Shown here piece after piece: positions 36,630-41,033 of a stretch of 41,033 bases of DNA. Position 1 is the first letter of the stretch. Every line of letters starts with the position of its first letter. The stretch is taken from IMG/VR virus record IMGVR_UViG_3300032233_002605, positions 1 through 41,033 of that record; one strand, 5' to 3'. The stretch comes from a virus (Duplodnaviria; Caudoviricetes). Both the position numbers and the translations under genes were made by a program. The notes beneath the pieces are model-generated. The model had not been told where the DNA came from. It saw only the letters and a list, made by a program, of their open reading frames with translations, and made no database searches.

Positions 36630-37277
36630 TTAACGTCCTAGAGGATTCTTAAGAAGATTTTGACCAATGTTCTTAATTTTGCTACCTAGACCTGCTGCTT
36701 GATTTTGAATAGCTTGCCCTTTCGCTGCCATCTGAGGAGCAACCTGATTAAGGCCAGCCCCACCTGCGTCTACAATGTTTCTAGCATAACCTTGAGCCTC
36801 AGGAATAAAGGCGTCAACGTAGTCAAGAGCATAGCCACCTATGTCGCCAAACTGGTTTATACCCTGAGTCTGCAGGTTTAGAATGTTGTTGTAGTCCTGC
36901 GCAAGTAGTGGAGCTGCGGCCTGTGTATCTGCAGCAAACTGGCCCGCTCTTGACAATAGCAGAGGAATGCCGTCCGGACCTACCATCCTCTTGTAGCCTT
37001 GTTGCGCACCGCGAAGTCCACGATTAATATCTCTGTGCATCATACGAGTGTCATTCTGCAACCGCTGTTGTAAGGGTGCATAGAAATTCTCTGGAGCAAG
37101 TCTAGGGGCATCCGCAGGTCTTGCAATATACGGAGAAAGGGCATCCGCAGGTCTTGCAATATACGGAGATGGTGGTCCCATTTCTCCATCCGCAGGTCTT
37201 GCAATATACGGCGGAGAGATGTCACCTTGTGCCTTCTTCTCCAGCATGCGTTGAATGTTGTTTGCTACTTTAATCAT
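36630..37277 (-). CDS. Gln/Ala-rich protein with conserved leader and PYIARPAD repeats
   Basis: MIKVANNIQRMLEKKA leader; three PYIARPAD repeats. Confidence 0.7.
   Translation of the reverse strand: MIKVANNIQRMLEKKAQGDISPPYIARPADGEMGPPSPYIARPADALSPYIARPADAPRLAPENFYAPLQQRLQNDTRMMHRDINRGLRGAQQGYKRMVGPDGIPLLLSRAGQFAADTQAAAPLLAQDYNNILNLQTQGINQFGDIGGYALDYVDAFIPEAQGYARNIVDAGGAGLNQVAPQMAAKGQAIQNQAAGLGSKIKNIGQNLLKNPLGR
37109..37211. repeat. Three identical 25-bp coding direct repeats
   Basis: CATCCGCAGGTCTTGCAATATACGG at 37109-37133, 37142-37166 and 37187-37211. Periods of 33 and 45 nt keep the frame. Confidence 0.95.
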
Positions 37278-38623
37278 GACTGCATTCCTTGGGCTGCGCC
37301 CATTTGAGAGTTAATAACGTTCTGTTCGTGTTGCTGTCTTGCCTGTCGAGCCTTGACAGCGGCTAATCCTGCTTGAGCATCAAGCGCATCTAGCTTGGCC
37401 TGCTCTTTCTTCTCGTTCATACGAGCTTCAAACGAAGCATCGTCTTCTCCAGGCACAGGGTTTGTGTCGTCTACTGGACCCTGCTGCATGGGAGGCATGC
37501 CGATGTTTGCCTCCTTAAATAAACGACCAAGCAGATCGTCGGCAGTTTCTGGCATGTACCCGGACACCTTGATTGCCTCTTCAAATCTACGGGCTTCTGG
37601 TTTTGGCAGGGTGGGCAGAATCTCGGCAGCTTTGCTTCTATCTACATTGAAGCCGTCGGTCTGGCAATAAGACAGGAAGTCGTCGCCAGCGATCTTGAGG
37701 CCCTTTTCCAATTGATGGTCGCTGATCTTGGTAAGATCCACAGGCATGCCGGTAGTAAGGTGAATTACAGCGTCTGCTGCGGCAGCGGCTTTAGTCATAT
37801 TGACGCGTAGGCAAGCCTCCACAGGATGCTGCAGAGCCGACCCCCACTTGGTATTAAGTCCGTGCTTTACGTCCAAAGCCTCCAGAGCATTGGAAATAAG
37901 TTCTCCGCTATTGCAAATCTCAAAAGGACGACTGTTTAAATCGTTAGCAATTTTAAGCAGCTCGTCTTCTAGATTGCTCCAACGCATAGTGGAGATGCTG
38001 CTAAGGCGATCAGTAATCGCCATGGCTACCTTGCAATTAATGTTTGCATAGGTCTCAGGATTTACCAATTTGTCTAAATAAGTAGATGCGCCAGTAGTAA
38101 GACTTAAAAAATCTGCCTTAGCTGCAAGGCGAGTTGCTGCTTGCTTCTGTACATTTAGCGGAAACTTTGTTCTATTCTTATACAGCCATTCTGCGCTAGC
38201 CGTAGCTGCTTCCTTAGTGTGATCTGGGCAGCGCTCTACCTTTGCACCCTTGTAGTCAAAAGAAATGGCATACGAGGCAGGAATAGTTTGTAATTCAAAT
38301 GCCTGCTTCAGACTTGTTACGTCATCTGCAATTCCCCAGATACGAGCAGCATTAAACAACTTTGCTTCAGCTTGTTTACTCGTTCCTGAAGTGTTACACT
38401 GGTTGCCGTAGAAATAAAGAGCGGAGCACCAACAGTTGGCTTTAGTATTTACGGCAAACTTTCTGTTGAAGCCATCTGCAAATGCATCGGATGGAACGTC
38501 GTTCAAATCTTCTTTGGTGGGTACGCTTGCTGCCTTTACGTACTCCGGCATCGAGACCTGCTTAACGAAGGCATTATAGTACTTTTTAGAGACGTCATCA
38601 GTTATGTCAATCCAGCGACTCAT
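37274..38623 (-). CDS. Putative head-associated protein with two internal helical repeats (DUF6582-like)
   Basis: FADGFNRKFAVNTKANCWCSALYF...AKLFNAARIWGI and RCPDHTKEAATASAEWL...ATRLAAKA. Several K-x-A sites. AAGGA SD on the - strand. Confidence 0.55.
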   Translation of the reverse strand: MSRWIDITDDVSKKYYNAFVKQVSMPEYVKAASVPTKEDLNDVPSDAFADGFNRKFAVNTKANCWCSALYFYGNQCNTSGTSKQAEAKLFNAARIWGIADDVTSLKQAFELQTIPASYAISFDYKGAKVERCPDHTKEAATASAEWLYKNRTKFPLNVQKQAATRLAAKADFLSLTTGASTYLDKLVNPETYANINCKVAMAITDRLSSISTMRWSNLEDELLKIANDLNSRPFEICNSGELISNALEALDVKHGLNTKWGSALQHPVEACLRVNMTKAAAAADAVIHLTTGMPVDLTKISDHQLEKGLKIAGDDFLSYCQTDGFNVDRSKAAEILPTLPKPEARRFEEAIKVSGYMPETADDLLGRLFKEANIGMPPMQQGPVDDTNPVPGEDDASFEARMNEKKEQAKLDALDAQAGLAAVKARQARQQHEQNVINSQMGAAQGMQS

Positions 38624-41033
38624 AGATGGTGTTCCTTCGGAAGAGTTCTACTCGACCTTCCATTATACAAAAATCTTAAAACTTCTGGGTTACGACGGCC
38701 CGGCTAAGGCAGGCGCTTATGTACGTTGTCCTAAGTGTAAAACTGCAAATATGCTGGTCTCTAGCCTGCTACCCTTTGAAGGGTGGATGTATTGCGACAA
38801 GTGCAAACTAGCATGTGAAGGTCTGCAACTATACGGGCAGGCGTACAAAATCTCAAACCCAGAAGAGCTTTTAGAGGTCCTTTCCAAGGATCTTAAAGTA
38901 AAGTCTGTAAATACAGAAGACCACATTGCTTATTGCAATTTTTATAACAGATACTACAAAAAGATACAAAAAGTTTGGACTAAGGCCCAAGCAGCCATGT
39001 ACCCCACGGCAAACAGACTTGCCGTAGGCAGACTGGCAGAACTTAACCTATGGCTAAGCCAAGAGGTATTTAACCGAGGGCTAGCTGATTGGTTTGGATT
39101 TGGGTTTAAGAACGAGCTAGAAGAGCAACTACAGGAAACCATATCTGGTCTTGGTAAGTCTCCTGAGGGTTTGCTTGTAATGCCGTTTTACATCAAGCCG
39201 GGATTTATTAGTGGATTTGGTTTTGTATCCGCTAAAGATCAGATGTCCTATATGAATCTCCTACAGGGGCATAGCGGAGGATATTGTGGACTTAACTCTT
39301 GCCATAACTCCGATGCAAATAAAATACACGTTGTGTCTCACCCCATGCAGGCAGCTAGAATTGCACAAAAATGTGCAATTGAAAGATACACCAAGTTATC
39401 TGTAGTAGCTAAAGCCCCTATTGGGGAACTAGAGCCCCTATTACTTACTAAGCCCACCGTGGCGTGGATTGACGAACCAGACACCGCATTCTTTAAAAGT
39501 TGCATTAAAGCTCGTAACTTTAAGATAATGGTGGACGATACACCTTACATATGGAAGCCGACAGAAAAAACCTCTAAAGTTTGGGAGGGTAGTTTTATGC
39601 CCTCTATTCATGCCAGGATAGAGGAAAACAACCTATTAGATCCTATTGATTTTTTAGTTACCGAACTGTTGACCATGGGCAAAGCCAATGCTCGAAATGT
39701 CATTGATAGTTTAGATTTAACAGAATTTCAAAAGAATATTATCCTTGCATCTTGCTCAGAAGATATTAGAACCGAGATAGCAGAGCTGCTAAATCACATA
39801 ATGGAGTCGCAGCCTCTTGTTATCGATAAAAAGGTTTTCTTTGAACGAGATGGCAAACTTTGGATTCAGGGCTCACGGGAAGTAATTGATGAAATAGTGT
39901 GCAACGCTATTGTGCGCATATCCCATATATGCAGAATAAAACAAGGCGGAGCTGCTGCCATCTTCGGCAAGCTGTTGTTTGACGGCAAAGAGATTGGCTT
40001 TCAGACTGCCGAAGACGATCTTGAGGATCATCCAAGTAAAGTCTTAGCCTTTATTGCAGCCTCTGCCGGACTGTCTAAGCAACCGTTTGTAGCAGACTCA
40101 ATAGCTAAAAAATATTTAGAAATTATTACAAGACTCAGTTCTCCTGAAGTACATTCAGCTCAAAACTATGTGGGCTACGACCCTGACACAGGTCGGTTTA
40201 ACCTACCTAGAGTATCAATTGACACAGATCAAATTAGAGTAGGAGTGCCCTTTGTTATGAGCGAAGTTGAGCCTCCCTGCTCTAACTTAACTGTTGAGCC
40301 TGGGATGACCGTTAAAAAGATTTCAAACATATTTGAGCCTAGCGTAGAAACTATTGCGTACTTAGCAGGAATGGCAGGAGTCATCTCAGGTATACACAAT
40401 CTTATTGATGGCACGTCAAGAACAAATTTAATGCTCGTGGGCGCTAAGAATTCTTTAGCAGAATATATTTTTGATATAATTAGAATAGATTTAGGCTTAG
40501 ACTACCTAACCCTAAACTGCAAAGAAGACATAGACGCCGCGCAGGCTATTGCGGAGCTACATCAAGTTCCGGTGGCTATAGACGGAGTAAGGTCGTCACC
40601 AAAGTTGCTAGCGCAATGGCTAGAGGGTAGAGGCAAGAATAGCCTTGTCTTAGCGCCACCCCTTATTGCCTCTGCTTTAGCCTCAGACAAAGACTGGGAG
40701 TTTGTGCGAGCAGATACAGAGTTTACAGACGAAACTCGAGCGCTACTAAATAGCGAAAATGTATTTCCGTTTTTTATGCAGTATGCGCTTACCGTAAAGC
40801 CTACGTCTTCGCATTCGTTATTAGATAGTTTAAAGTATTTAATTAAATCATTAGATAGTAGTCCCGACATTATGGATAAAGCAAAAGCCATGATATCTGC
40901 CCGTGGCTACATCAACACTAAGTCTGCAGGAGTTCAGCTCATCAACTTTGTGCAAGAAGGTGTAGAGCAAGGCATGTTTAAGATGTTTACCGGAGACGGA
41001 TCTAAGAAGCGCTACGTGGTGTTTAAAAACCCC
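38604..41033 (+). CDS. Primase-helicase-like protein (Zn finger, TOPRIM-like, DUF927-like), 3'-truncated, catalytic motifs degenerate
   Basis: Manual translation from ATG 38604 (MSIQRLIDGVPSEEFY...); the same frame still reads open at the window end (810 codons). CPKC...CDKC, LLVMPFY, 'VCNAIVRISHICR' and 'NYVGYDPDTGRFNLP'. Confidence 0.65.
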   Translation, partial: MSIQRLIDGVPSEEFYSTFHYTKILKLLGYDGPAKAGAYVRCPKCKTANMLVSSLLPFEGWMYCDKCKLACEGLQLYGQAYKISNPEELLEVLSKDLKVKSVNTEDHIAYCNFYNRYYKKIQKVWTKAQAAMYPTANRLAVGRLAELNLWLSQEVFNRGLADWFGFGFKNELEEQLQETISGLGKSPEGLLVMPFYIKPGFISGFGFVSAKDQMSYMNLLQGHSGGYCGLNSCHNSDANKIHVVSHPMQAARIAQKCAIERYTKLSVVAKAPIGELEPLLLTKPTVAWIDEPDTAFFKSCIKARNFKIMVDDTPYIWKPTEKTSKVWEGSFMPSIHARIEENNLLDPIDFLVTELLTMGKANARNVIDSLDLTEFQKNIILASCSEDIRTEIAELLNHIMESQPLVIDKKVFFERDGKLWIQGSREVIDEIVCNAIVRISHICRIKQGGAAAIFGKLLFDGKEIGFQTAEDDLEDHPSKVLAFIAASAGLSKQPFVADSIAKKYLEIITRLSSPEVHSAQNYVGYDPDTGRFNLPRVSIDTDQIRVGVPFVMSEVEPPCSNLTVEPGMTVKKISNIFEPSVETIAYLAGMAGVISGIHNLIDGTSRTNLMLVGAKNSLAEYIFDIIRIDLGLDYLTLNCKEDIDAAQAIAELHQVPVAIDGVRSSPKLLAQWLEGRGKNSLVLAPPLIASALASDKDWEFVRADTEFTDETRALLNSENVFPFFMQYALTVKPTSSHSLLDSLKYLIKSLDSSPDIMDKAKAMISARGYINTKSAGVQLINFVQEGVEQGMFKMFTGDGSKKRYVVFKNP

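Noticed and set aside
37109-37211. Three 25-bp direct repeats as a mini CRISPR array
   Set aside because: The spacers are only 8 and 20 nt, the periods are multiples of 3 within a coding frame, and there are no cas genes.
1-41033. Alternative genetic code (stop codon reassignment)
   Set aside because: Long ORFs tile the window in the standard code, and TAA, TGA and TAG all end genes directly before the next start.

Overview
This window is part of a large tailed phage genome with a contractile (myovirus-type) tail, read in the standard bacterial code. From 1 to about 34.2 kb the genes are tightly packed on the + strand and form a tail/baseplate/fibre module: a Gly-rich fibre end, a SAM methyltransferase, a tail completion protein, an enlarged tail sheath (952 aa), the tube, a gp5/VgrG-like spike, a tail assembly chaperone with a clear -1 frameshift (T TTT TTT), the tape measure, a tube paralog, the hub, a sigma-70-family sigma factor embedded among the baseplate genes, gp25-like, baseplate J-like and wedge proteins, then a run of paralogous Cys-rich structural proteins, a DxD glycosyltransferase-like protein and small ORFs. 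The module ends with a 52-aa membrane peptide missed by the ORF track and an Ig-like protein that share the same C-terminal strand, then a structured RNA element and a bidirectional terminator. From 34.4 to 38.6 kb is a - strand cluster of probable head-internal/ejection proteins; three share an N-terminal leader ending in K-x-A and two carry glycine zippers. From 38604 to the window end is a >810-aa ORF, also absent from the ORF track, with primase-helicase architecture but eroded catalytic motifs; it overlaps the divergent gene head-to-head. No rRNA, tRNA, CRISPR array, integrase or capsid/portal genes were seen. All functional calls come from motifs and gene order read by eye, not from database searches.
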